From a bacterium (GTDB lineage Bacteria > UBA8248), in contig CBDATS010000002.1 in the NCBI GenBank assembly GCA_965200245.1, forward strand, positions 54,552 through 118,551: a stretch of DNA of 64,000 nucleotides, read 5' to 3'. The notes below the pieces were generated by a model, which was not told the DNA's origin, ran no database searches, and saw only the letters and a program-made list of their open reading frames with translations. The translations under genes and the position numbers were made by a program. Positions 28,198 to 37,400 of the stretch are shown piece by piece (positions within the stretch are counted from its first letter, which is position 1; each line of letters starts with the position of its first letter).

Positions 28198-28365
28198 GGG
28201 AACAGTATTTCTGTTTCCACCCACAATATTCCCCATGAAATCAATCGCCTGAACCCAAAATCAACACAAAATCATCGGGGAACTTCAGGTTAGGAGAACC
28301 ATGGTGATAAAGACGATAATCAAATCATTGAAGGATATGGTGCTCCTCGGGGACAGGATCGCCCT

Positions 28366-28716
28366 TCATGAAGTGATCAGTCGCCAAAGATCATGGGCTT
28401 CGATTAGAGGTTGGACGTTCTCTAGCGTGTCCCTTCCTGAGGCATGTGCCATAAACATATCTGGCAACCTCAAAGAGAACAAGACATATTGAACCAAGCC
28501 TTGCCCTCGGAATTGTATGCCAACTTGCTCTCGATCCGCGTTCTTCCATATTGCGCGAAAGTTGCCATTGTCCAGAAGAGTGAGGTGCGGCCGCCGCGTT
28601 ATCGCCAAAGAATAGAGAAATGACCATAAATCTTTCTCGGAGTCGTTCGATATTTCAAGTCCTTCATTAGCAGCGATGTCTTTCAGACTATCGAGTCGAG
28701 TTTGAATCTCCTGCAC
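28366..28716 (-). CDS. Hypothetical protein
   Basis: 116 aa; GTG start with a TAGGAGGTGA RBS; AT-rich; no recognisable motif. Confidence 0.5.
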   Translation of the reverse strand: MQEIQTRLDSLKDIAANEGLEISNDSEKDLWSFLYSLAITRRPHLTLLDNGNFRAIWKNADREQVGIQFRGQGLVQYVLFSLRLPDMFMAHASGRDTLENVQPLIEAHDLWRLITS

Positions 28717-29200
28717 GTATCACCTCCTAAACTCCCCCATCATTTGATATCCTTTTCGATATAGTGTATAATAAGTAATAAGTGTTGTCTGGCTTGGTGG
28801 GTGAATGGGTGGGATCGGAGGACGGAGATTAAGGTGAAGGATTCGTAAGGACACGACGTTCCGCCCAACGCGTCAGTTCTATGGCGAAGTTCGGAAAGGT
28901 TTCGGGTACAACAAATATGCGTTCGGAACTCCAAATAATCCCCGTGGGTACGCTTCGACCCTATGGTATAATATTATACTTGAGATTCTTTACGGCATCC
29001 TCGTTCCACTTCAATGCCTCTTCGAAGCCTGCCATCTTGACATCCACGACTGAGGTGCCACGCTTCCGCTGTCCTATTTCTATGGCCTTCAACGGGATTG
29101 CACAACGCAATCCTTCAGGACTATGATCACCAAACCAGACACATCAGAGTCTCACCCTGATTGTCGCTGCGTCTCATCCAGATTGTCGCGCTATAAGTTC

Positions 29201-30055
29201 ATGCCGTCGTCCATCTTGCCTTCCTTGCTTGCAGCCACCGCCAAGTTCGGGGTTCTCGCGGCGCTGGTGTCGCGTCTCGTTTTCGGCCTGTCGCCTCCGG
29301 TATCGGCGGGGCAAGGCTGCACCGACGGCCAGCGCGTCCTCAATGTCGGTTTCTACGCCTTTTGCGCGCCGGTCAGCTACAGCGCCGATCCGGATCCGGC
29401 CGCCGTTGGCTTCCATTCGCATCAAGGCTACGAGGCGGATCTGCTGACCGCTCTCGAGGCCATGAAAGACGCGGGGCTGTCATTTTCCCGCCGTCCAATT
29501 GGTTTGTGGGAAGGCATCTGGTCGAGGCCGGCGCGCACGCGCGACGACATCACCGGCGGCGGCATCACGATCCTCGATTCCCGGACCCGCGACTCGACGG
29601 GTAAGCGCGTCGTCATGTTCACCGCCGGCCACATTGCGTTCCACCAATCGCTTCTCGTGCGTGCTGCAGAGGCCGCGAGCCTGGCCAGCTATGATGCGCT
29701 GACCAGCGGTGTGCGCGTCGGTGTCCTCGCCGGCACGACGGGGGGGGGGGGGGGGGGGGGAGCCGCCTGTTGCAACTAACGGGGCTCTCCGACGCCAACG
29801 GCATCCTCGCTGCCGGCGTGCGCATTGAGACGCCGAGCGGCCAAGTGGTCGCCGACGGCAGCGCCTCGCCAAGATTGGCGGCGCGGCGGCGGCTTTGCAC
29901 TCGCCACAGAAGACTGGGCACTGGCGTCGTGCATCGACCGGAAGATCGCATGGCTGACCGACAACCGTCGTATCGGTTTCCCGGAATGGCTGGACGACCC
30001 CACGGTGTTCATGAGACGCGCCCGGCTGTGGAACAAGGCCGAACGCCAACCATGA
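29201..30055 (+). pseudogene. Periplasmic substrate-binding-like protein disrupted by a poly-G tract and further frameshifts
   Basis: Signal-like N-terminus, then ...GVRVGVLAGTTG-(G run)-SRLLQLTGLSDANGILAAGVRIETPSGQVVADGSA in another frame, then GGFALATEDWALASCIDRKIAWLTD in a third. Confidence 0.55.
29740..29760. repeat. Poly-G homopolymer, 21 nt
   Basis: Read directly: G at 29740 followed by 20 G. Confidence 0.95.
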
Positions 30056-30123
30056 CCCGGGGGCGAGGCAAGCGCTCCGGCCCGCGCCGGGCGCTGTCGG
30101 ACTGTTGGTTCCCTCCGAAAGTG

Positions 30124-30567
30124 TCAAATCATGCATTCGTCAAGCTGGCTGGGTAAACCCCTTACAGAATATGAACCGTAGATTTCTGCAAGGCTACCGG
30201 AGCCAAGGGCGTTGGGCCACTGCTCCGATAGGATGCTTTCGAAACCGGACAGCGCCAAGTCGCCCGGCAGCAAGGAGAGGGACGGTGAAATGCCCTGAAC
30301 TTCCGGCGAGAGGAGATCGCCGACTTCCGTGAGAGGCTTGACACACTGGAATATCGTGGCACCGCGATTTTCCGTTTTTCCCCCGTCCCAGATTTCTTCC
30401 AGCGTATCTTCATCAAGGAACGCGGCCGTCAGATTGGCCTGCGGATCCAGATCGCACACGAGAACGGTATGGCCGATTTCAGACAACATCCAGGCCAGAT
30501 GGCAGGTAAGCAAGGTCTTCCCCACACCGCCTTTGTTGTCAAAAAACGTGAGAACAGGAACACTCAT
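30124..30567 (-). pseudogene. ParA/MinD-like ATPase, 3'-truncated
   Basis: N-terminal deviant Walker A FDNKGGVGKT and CDLDPQANLT are present, but the ORF ends after 147 aa without the Walker B half. Confidence 0.6.
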
Positions 30568-30827
30568 TTGCTCTTTCCCTTGATGGTAGCCAGCATGAAA
30601 TCGTCATCCACTTCAAATCGAAGTCCCGGGTTTCCATTGTCGACGAGCGTCTTTTTCGCACTGGCGATGCCTACCCCGAGGCGTTCACGAAACCAGGTAC
30701 TTTCATGGCTTTCGCCAGGTTCGGGCTGCGGTAGTCGGTGATCCCGGGTCGTCGCGAGTTTGCTTCCGCGCGAAAGATACCACCTCGCATACGGCGTCCA
30801 GCATGTACCGTAAACGGATTTCGTCAT
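30564..30827 (-). pseudogene. HEPN (DUF86) toxin relic
   Basis: ATGA-coupled to the upstream MNT gene. The DUF86-like DEIRLRYMLDAVCEVVSFARKQTRDD appears only in a shifted frame right after the ATG; the rest is unrecognisable. Confidence 0.45.
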
Positions 30828-31129
30828 GCTTGCGTATATCCGACTTCCGCCGTATCGAGAATTTCCTGGAGAAAATTGGGGCTCAAGTCTTTCGGAGTCC
30901 TCAGGCCCACCTTGTGGCCGCCGAACAGGGCCGACAACTTGATCTACATTCCGGCAATGCCAAGCAAGCCGGGAATACGGTCCGGATCGAACCCTACCAG
31001 CACGTCGATATCGTTCCCGGGCCCGAAATCAGCCCGCAGCACCGAGCCGAAGACCGCGAGCCGCCGGATTCCGTGCGCTTGGCAGAACACTGCTACCCCA
31101 GCCTTCGGGAATGACAGAAGCGGGTTCAT
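30824..31129 (-). pseudogene. MNT-type nucleotidyltransferase with an in-frame TAG (30944-30946)
   Basis: FGSVLRADFGPGNDIDVLVGF motif. Read-through of the TAG continues IKLSALFGGHKVGLRTPKDLSPNFLQEILDTAEVGYTQA, the normal family C-terminus. Confidence 0.7.
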
Positions 31130-31422
31130 GACTAAAGCACCAGGTTTTCGTCGACGCCGAAGCCAGCGGATCGCAGTTCCTTGATGAACTCCCCATGCCC
31201 GGGTCGCTCACGACCCTATCCATTAGCCTGTTCGTGCCCACCCGACCCGAAGGGCGGTGGTTCGGCTTCACGTTATGCCGCCATCAAACTTCGGTCAATC
31301 TCCCCCGCAAGCTAGTGAAAAGTTCACCGATGGTCAGCATGAAACGGTTGAGACCAAACTGATCGTCTCCTGACATAGAACTGTCTTTTCTTTGGTTTGA
31401 CCACCAGTAATGAGGGAATAAT

Positions 31423-31518
31423 CTGACATGTCAGGGTCGCATGTATGCTCCCTCTACAATGAAAATCCAGCCCGTGAATCAACATCCCGCAAACGAAGAA
31501 ATTCACGCTACAATGAAA
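31423..31518. promoter_or_regulatory. Repeat-rich control region upstream of the MFS gene
   Basis: 12-nt perfect palindrome CTGACATGTCAG (31423-31434); direct repeat CTACAATGAAA at 31454 and 31508; inverted CGTGAAT/ATTCACG between them. Confidence 0.4.
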
Positions 31519-31628
31519 CATGTGCACTACGCCTGATCGGTGCAGGCGCGTACCATTCGCTTCCCGTTCCGCTGATCTTGCGCGAAACAGGCGGGGGAGC
31601 GAAATTGTAGGGAAGGAGGGTTCGTTCG

Positions 31629-32861
31629 ATGATGATGTTCCGATTCTCGCTATACGGTTTCCTCAAGAACCAGACCTATTTCGAACCCTTCCTCATCCTC
31701 GCCTTTCTGGAGAAAGACCTCTCTTTCTTCCAGATAGGGATTCTCATCGGCTTTCGAGAAGTGTGTATCAACATTTTCGAGATTCCGAGCGGCGCGGTGG
31801 CCGACCTCTACGGCAGAAGGCGCTCGATGATTTTCTCCTTCCTCGCCTACATCACTTCGTTCCTCGTTTTCGGCTTATCGGCCTCTTTCACCGCGCTTTT
31901 CCTCGCCATGTTCGCCTTCGCACTCGGCGATTCGTTCCGCACAGGCACGCACAAGGCGATGATTTTCGAGTGGCTGAGAATCCAGGGCCGCGAGAAAGAA
32001 CGCACCCGTGTCTACGGCTTCACGCGCTCATGGTCGAAGGTGGGTTCGGCCGTCTCGGTTGTGATCGCCAGCGCGTTCATCTTCACCGGCGCGCGCTACA
32101 GCGACATATTCCTGCTCGCCATCATCCCCTACGCGATGAACATCGTGAACTTTCTCGGTTACCCCAGGGAACTCGAAGGCTTGCGCGCGCCGGATACCAA
32201 AATTCCCGGCGTCTGGAGGCATCTAAAAGACTCCATGCGCATGGCGTTCACCGACAGGCCGCTGCGAGGCATTCTTGTGGAGTCCATGAGTTACGAGGGT
32301 ACCTACAAGGTCGCGAAGGACTATATCCAGCCCGTAATCCAACAAGCCGCCCTGGGGCTGGCCCTGCTCGCCACCTGGCAGCAGCAACAGCGCGTAGCCA
32401 TCCTGATGGGGGCGGTCTACTTCGTGCTCCACATGCTATCGAGCTTCGCCTCGCGCGGGGGGCACCGCCTCGTCGAAGCCACGGGTTCCGAGGAAGCGGC
32501 AGCGAAATCGCTCTGGGGTGCTACCGCCCTCATCTACGCGGCTCTCGCCTGGGGGCTCTGGACGGGCTGGGATTCGGTGGTCATCGCGGGCTTCGTCGCC
32601 CTGGCGGTGCTGCAGAACTTCTGGCGTCCGGTACTCATCAGCCGAATCGACGCACACAGCACACCCGAGGCAGGTGCAACGATACTCTCCGTCGAGACAC
32701 AGGCCAAATCAATTCTCGCCATGGTGCTAGCTCCCCTCATCGGTCTTTTCGTGGACATGTTCGGCATGGTGGGCGTGGGCGTTGTGGCCGCGCTGGTCAC
32801 GCTGCCCTTCGCGCTGACGCGCCTGGGCGGCACGCGAGAGAGGGCGGTTCACCAGCCCTAG
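31629..32861 (+). CDS. MFS transporter
   Basis: 410 aa, polytopic; GAVADLYGRRRS loop motif; GGAAGGAGGG RBS. Confidence 0.8.
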   Translation: MMMFRFSLYGFLKNQTYFEPFLILAFLEKDLSFFQIGILIGFREVCINIFEIPSGAVADLYGRRRSMIFSFLAYITSFLVFGLSASFTALFLAMFAFALGDSFRTGTHKAMIFEWLRIQGREKERTRVYGFTRSWSKVGSAVSVVIASAFIFTGARYSDIFLLAIIPYAMNIVNFLGYPRELEGLRAPDTKIPGVWRHLKDSMRMAFTDRPLRGILVESMSYEGTYKVAKDYIQPVIQQAALGLALLATWQQQQRVAILMGAVYFVLHMLSSFASRGGHRLVEATGSEEAAAKSLWGATALIYAALAWGLWTGWDSVVIAGFVALAVLQNFWRPVLISRIDAHSTPEAGATILSVETQAKSILAMVLAPLIGLFVDMFGMVGVGVVAALVTLPFALTRLGGTRERAVHQP

Positions 32862-33026
32862 AACGCGTTTCCACCGGACAACGGATCCCCCCAAGAACGC
32901 TTGGATTCCCCCATAATGAAATGGTAGAGTCACCTCACCTGCGTCAAGAGGGTTCAAAATAATTTTGTTCGTGTACAGGAGGCGAACGAACAAGGGGCGG
33001 CGCGCGCTGCCCGTGGGGAGTGCAAC

Positions 33027-34184
33027 TTGAATAATGCCGAAAATCAAGGAAATCTCGGGATAACCATTGGGCTGGAGGAAGAGTTCTTTCTCGTCGACCC
33101 CGACTCACGCGACCTGATTGCGGACCCGAACCCGGCGATCTTCGAAGCCTGCGAGGCCGGTATCGGACCGCACAAGGTTACGACCGAGTTGATTCGTTCC
33201 CAGGTCGAGACCAACACCCGGGTGTGTGCTTCGGTGCATGAGGCTCGCGAGGCGTTACGCGAGACAAGGCGGATCATCATCAAGGCTGCCGAGGCGCACG
33301 GCGCAGCGGTGCTTGGTTCCTCCACCCATCCCTTCGCGCAGTGGCGAGAGTTGAAGGTCACGGCCAAGGAACGTTACGAGCGCTTTCTGATGACTTTCCA
33401 GGAGACCATCCGCCGCATGGTCATCGGGGGAATGCACATTCACGCGGGCTTCGGCGACCCGGAATCCCGCATCCGGATCATGACGGCCATCCGCCGTTAC
33501 CTGCCGGCCATCCATGCGCTCTCCACCTCATCGCCCTTCAACAGTGGCAATGATACGGGCTACAAGTCATATCGCCTGAACCTCTTCGGCATCCTGCCGC
33601 GCACCAACCTGCCCCCTCCCCTGCGTACCCGGGCGGAATTCGAAAACATCATTTCCGAATACCAGCGAATGAAATTCATCGAAACCGGCAGCGAACTCTG
33701 GTGGGACGTCCGCCCCGCCCACGCCTTCCCGACACTCGAACTTCGCATCTGCGACATCTGTCCCAGGATAGAGGACGCCATCGCCATCACAGCACTCTAC
33801 GTCTGCCTGCTGCAGTGGCTCATACAACAGGACGAAGCGGGCACGCTGCCACCCGAGCCGCTCACCGAGATCATTGCGGAGAACCGCTGGGTGGCCCATC
33901 GCTACGGCACGCTTTCTTTCTTCGGCGACGCGACCAGCGAAAGCGGCCGGATGGATATCAACGATTTCGTGCACGCGCTCGTCGAGAAACTCACGCCTCA
34001 GGCCCGCGCGCTAGGGTGTGAGGCGGAACTTCACCACACACTCACTATCATGCGCGAGGGCAGCGGCGCGGACCGCCAGGCCGACCTCTACCGCCTGCGC
34101 CGCCTGGAAGGCGACACGGAAGAAGAGGCGCTTCGACACGTAGTGGACCTTGTGCTCGCCGAAACCAAAGAGGGCGTGTTCTGA
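33027..34184 (+). CDS. Carboxylate-amine ligase (GCS2/YbdK family)
   Basis: TIGLEEEFFLVD N-terminal motif plus GMHIHAG and WWDVRP; the start codon (TTG at 33027) is uncertain. Confidence 0.8.
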   Translation: MNNAENQGNLGITIGLEEEFFLVDPDSRDLIADPNPAIFEACEAGIGPHKVTTELIRSQVETNTRVCASVHEAREALRETRRIIIKAAEAHGAAVLGSSTHPFAQWRELKVTAKERYERFLMTFQETIRRMVIGGMHIHAGFGDPESRIRIMTAIRRYLPAIHALSTSSPFNSGNDTGYKSYRLNLFGILPRTNLPPPLRTRAEFENIISEYQRMKFIETGSELWWDVRPAHAFPTLELRICDICPRIEDAIAITALYVCLLQWLIQQDEAGTLPPEPLTEIIAENRWVAHRYGTLSFFGDATSESGRMDINDFVHALVEKLTPQARALGCEAELHHTLTIMREGSGADRQADLYRLRRLEGDTEEEALRHVVDLVLAETKEGVF

Positions 34185-34504
34185 GAGAAAAATTCGCAGG
34201 TCGATTCGATTCCGGAACTCTATCCATTCGTAAAATGGAAGCCTCGTAAAATGGAAGCCAGCCGCTACCCGTCTAACATGAATTCATGGGCGAGACCATC
34301 CTGTCCCTCCTGCGCCATTTGCTTGCCGTCAGTTCATCTCAGAGATTTCCCATAATCAAGGATGCGTATCCACCACGCCCCGTCAGCCAGTCCCACGCCA
34401 TCCTGATCCCCTGATCGCATTGACCGTTTGAGTCGAAACAAACTAGACTGCTCCCATACCATCAGCAAAAGAGGGATGCGGCTCCATTCCCCGCGCAAGA
34501 AGGG

Positions 34505-35008
34505 ATGCGCAACGTGCGAAACATCGAACGAAATCTCTCCTGGATACTCCTTCTCTCGCTCACGCTGATGCTCACCGTGCAGGTCATCGCGCGCTACATC
34601 TTCTTCACCTCGATCAGCTGGATCGAGGAGTTTTCGCGCATCGTCTTCATCTGGTTTATCTACCTGACGATCAGCTGGATCATCCTCCAGGGCCGTCACA
34701 TACGCGTAAACGCCATCGAGATGATCACGCCCGCCTCCTGGGCACGCCCGATAGTTTTTTTCTCCGACTGCCTGTGGATGACCTTCAACGTCTTGATGAC
34801 GTATTACGGTTTCCTCTTCGTGAAAAGCGAGATCGACGTCTGGTCGGAGACCGACATTCTCCAGATACCGGAAGCTGCCGTACACGCGATTATTCCCATC
34901 GGCTTCGGGTTGATGACCATACGGCTCGCTCAATATATGTACCGCGTCTACGTGCAGGGCGGCCCCGAGGTGGTGTATGAGGTCGAAAAGCAGGAGGAAG
35001 AGCGATGA
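34505..35008 (+). CDS. TRAP transporter small permease (DctQ-type)
   Basis: 167 aa with 4 TM segments; overlaps the large permease start by 4 nt. Confidence 0.8.
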   Translation: MRNVRNIERNLSWILLLSLTLMLTVQVIARYIFFTSISWIEEFSRIVFIWFIYLTISWIILQGRHIRVNAIEMITPASWARPIVFFSDCLWMTFNVLMTYYGFLFVKSEIDVWSETDILQIPEAAVHAIIPIGFGLMTIRLAQYMYRVYVQGGPEVVYEVEKQEEER

Positions 35009-36291
35009 ACATGCCTCTGCTTCTGCTCGGCTCCCTAGCCGTCTTCCTCTTCATCCGCGTGCCTGTGGGCGTCTCTCTTGGCCTGGCCTCCATCCTCGTC
35101 TACTACGCCACCGGAGAGCGCTTCGAGAGTCTGGCACTTTCCTATTACGACGGGCTGGACAAGTTCCCCTTTATCGCCGTGCCCATGTTCCTGCTTGCGG
35201 GCGCGCTCATGGAAAAAGGCGGTATCAGCAAGCGCCTGATATCGGTGGCGGACTGCTTCGTGGGCAACGTGCAGGGCGGCCTCGCCCACGTCACCATACT
35301 CGCTTGCATGCTTTTCTCCGCCATCTCAGGGTCGGGACCCGCCACGACGGCCGCCGTGGGCGGACTCATGATCCCCACCATGCTCAGGCGTCAGTATGAC
35401 AGGAACTATTCGGGCGCAGTCTCCGCCTGCGGGGGGACGCTCGGTATCCTCATCCCGCCGAGCATCACCTTGATCGTCTATGGCGTCAGCGCCGATCAGT
35501 CCGTCACGCGGCTGTTCATCGCGGGTTTTCTGCCCGGCATCCTGCTGGGCTGCATGCTGATGTGCTGCGCCACAATCCTGGCACGCTTCATGACGGTGGA
35601 ATCGGATTCCGAACCCTTCTCCGCCGCGCGCACGCTCACCACCATCTGGGGGTCCCGCTGGGCGCTCCTGGCACCGGTCGTCATCATCGGCGGCATCTAC
35701 GGGGGCTTCGTGACACCGACGGAGAGTGCCGTCATCGCCGTGCTCTATGGCTGGGTGATCGGCACGTTCGTCTACAGGGAGCTCGACTGGAAAAGGACAC
35801 GCGAGTGCCTGGAAATCGCGGCCCTCGTCACCGGAACCATCGCCATCATCTGGGGAGCGTCGCTCGCGTTCGGCGAACTCATCACCATCCACCGGATTCC
35901 CCAGTTGGTGACGGCTTTCATCGAGAGTGTGACGCGATCGCCGTTTCTGATCCTCATGCTCATCAGCCTGTTTCTCACCTTCGTCGGAATGTGGCTGAAC
36001 ACCATGGCACAGGTCATCATCCTCACACCGATGTTCCTGCCCGTCATCCAGGCGGTGGGCATCGACCCCATCCACTTCGGCATCGTTTTCGTGGTGAACT
36101 GCGAAATCGGCTACCTCACGCCGCCTCTGGGCACGAGCCTGTTCGTGGCAATGGGCATCGCGGACACGACGCTGGGCGCGATCGCCAAGGCTGTCCTGCC
36201 TTTCATCGCGACCATGTTCCTGTGCGTGATCATCCTCTCGTATTTCCCCAGCATCTCCCTCGTTCTGCCGAACCTGATCATCGGCAGATGA
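35005..36291 (+). CDS. TRAP transporter large permease (DctM-type)
   Basis: 428 aa, polytopic; DctM-like motifs. Confidence 0.85.
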   Translation: MNMPLLLLGSLAVFLFIRVPVGVSLGLASILVYYATGERFESLALSYYDGLDKFPFIAVPMFLLAGALMEKGGISKRLISVADCFVGNVQGGLAHVTILACMLFSAISGSGPATTAAVGGLMIPTMLRRQYDRNYSGAVSACGGTLGILIPPSITLIVYGVSADQSVTRLFIAGFLPGILLGCMLMCCATILARFMTVESDSEPFSAARTLTTIWGSRWALLAPVVIIGGIYGGFVTPTESAVIAVLYGWVIGTFVYRELDWKRTRECLEIAALVTGTIAIIWGASLAFGELITIHRIPQLVTAFIESVTRSPFLILMLISLFLTFVGMWLNTMAQVIILTPMFLPVIQAVGIDPIHFGIVFVVNCEIGYLTPPLGTSLFVAMGIADTTLGAIAKAVLPFIATMFLCVIILSYFPSISLVLPNLIIGR

Positions 36292-36320
36292 GGGAGCGAA
36301 CAAAAAAAAGGAGGCAAGAC

Positions 36321-37334
36321 ATGCGACATCTGAAACAATGCTTCACGGTGATGGTGGGCATTATCCTCGCCACCGGGCTCCTCGTCTGCGCTGTTCCGCA
36401 AGCCGAGGCCGCCAAGTACGTGATGAAGTTCGCCCACAACAATCCGCCAAAACCGCAGCTTCTCTATCAGGCCATCGCACTGACAATGCAGAAGAACCTG
36501 CAGGTCTACTCCAAGGGGGACATCGACATCCAGATATTCCCCTCCTCACAACTCGGCAAGGATCGCGTTGCCGCCAAGAAACTCCAACTCGGCTCGGTGC
36601 AAATGCAGGTCGTGGCGTCGAACAACATCACGGCCTTCGACAGGCGGCTTGATATCTTCACCCTGCCCTTCATGTTCGGTAGCTTCAAAGGCGCCGTGAA
36701 GGTCTTCAACAGCGACATCGGCAAGAACATCGGCGAGAATTTCCGCAAGAAATCAGGCATCCGGGTGCTGGGCTTCGTCGCCACGGGGTTCCGGAACATG
36801 ATGAACAGCAAACACCCCATCATGAAGCCTGCGGATCTCGGCGACCTGCGGATGCGGATCGCGAAAAATCCCATCATGGTGCAGACCTATAAGGCGCTCG
36901 GCGGCAGCACCATCGGCATGGCACCGACAGAACTGTTCAGCGCGCTCAGCACCAAGACGGTGGACGGCCACGACGGCGGATCGAGCTGGGCGTGGGCGCA
37001 GAAACTCTACGAGGTGCAGAAATACCTCTCCATCACCCGGCACCAACTCGTGGCGGGCGCGCTCATCATGAACGACAAATATTACGCCAAGCTCCCCAAA
37101 CATTTGCAAAAAGCCGTGCAGATGGCCGCGCGCGACACCATCGCATGGGCGAACACCTACGCGGAGGAGAACGAACAGGACATCATGAAGGGTTTCGCAC
37201 AGAAGGGGCTCACGATCGCCACACCCGATCTCAAGCCTTTCCGTGAAGCGGTGAAGCCCGTGCACAAGATGTTCGCCGACAAGGTGGGCGGCATCGACCT
37301 CATCAACCGCATTCTGAAGATGCAGGAAGGTTAG
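36321..37334 (+). CDS. TRAP transporter substrate-binding protein (DctP-type)
   Basis: Start at MRHLKQC with an AAGGAGG RBS and a signal peptide ending AEAAKY; the long upstream ORF extension is rejected. Confidence 0.85.
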   Translation: MRHLKQCFTVMVGIILATGLLVCAVPQAEAAKYVMKFAHNNPPKPQLLYQAIALTMQKNLQVYSKGDIDIQIFPSSQLGKDRVAAKKLQLGSVQMQVVASNNITAFDRRLDIFTLPFMFGSFKGAVKVFNSDIGKNIGENFRKKSGIRVLGFVATGFRNMMNSKHPIMKPADLGDLRMRIAKNPIMVQTYKALGGSTIGMAPTELFSALSTKTVDGHDGGSSWAWAQKLYEVQKYLSITRHQLVAGALIMNDKYYAKLPKHLQKAVQMAARDTIAWANTYAEENEQDIMKGFAQKGLTIATPDLKPFREAVKPVHKMFADKVGGIDLINRILKMQEG

Positions 37335-37343
37335 TCAACCACA

Positions 37344-37382
37344 AGGCGCGCGGCGACCCGGGTCGTCGCGCGCCTGTTTTTT
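37344..37382 (+). terminator. Rho-independent terminator after the TRAP operon
   Basis: 13-bp GC stem (one mismatch), CCGG loop, T6-7 run. Confidence 0.75.
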
Positions 37383-37400
37383 CTGGAGAAGGAAAGCGCA

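Noticed and set aside
27210-28244. 344-aa minus-strand ORF as a real gene
   Set aside because: It is a read-through of one frame across a decayed IS1634 transposase. Only its central part (GERLMVCRNPLLAGERARRRETL) is transposase-like; the true N- and C-terminal segments are in other frames.
28962-29120. Minus-strand fragment ...PEGLRCAIPLKAIEIGQRKRGTSVVDVKMAGFEEALKWNEDAVKNLKYNIIP
   Set aside because: It looks protein-like, but there is no start codon upstream before a TGA and no family I can name. It is probably another gene relic and is left unannotated.
13639-30946. Recurrent in-frame TAG codons as evidence for amber reassignment or pyrrolysine
   Set aside because: TAG is used as an ordinary terminator by confident genes in the same window (binding protein 949-951, polymerase 21482-21484, DUF5678 20773-20775, DctP 37332-34). 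No pyl genes are visible, and the affected genes also carry frameshifts or TAA stops.
31520-32962. 480-aa ORF overlapping the MFS gene in another frame
   Set aside because: The translation is Arg/Pro/His-rich and motif-free. The co-located 31629-32861 frame gives a proper polytopic MFS protein with a strong RBS.
35562-36320. N-terminal 250-codon extension of the DctP ORF
   Set aside because: The extension overlaps dctM out of frame and is low complexity. An AAGGAGG RBS and a signal peptide define the real start at 36321.
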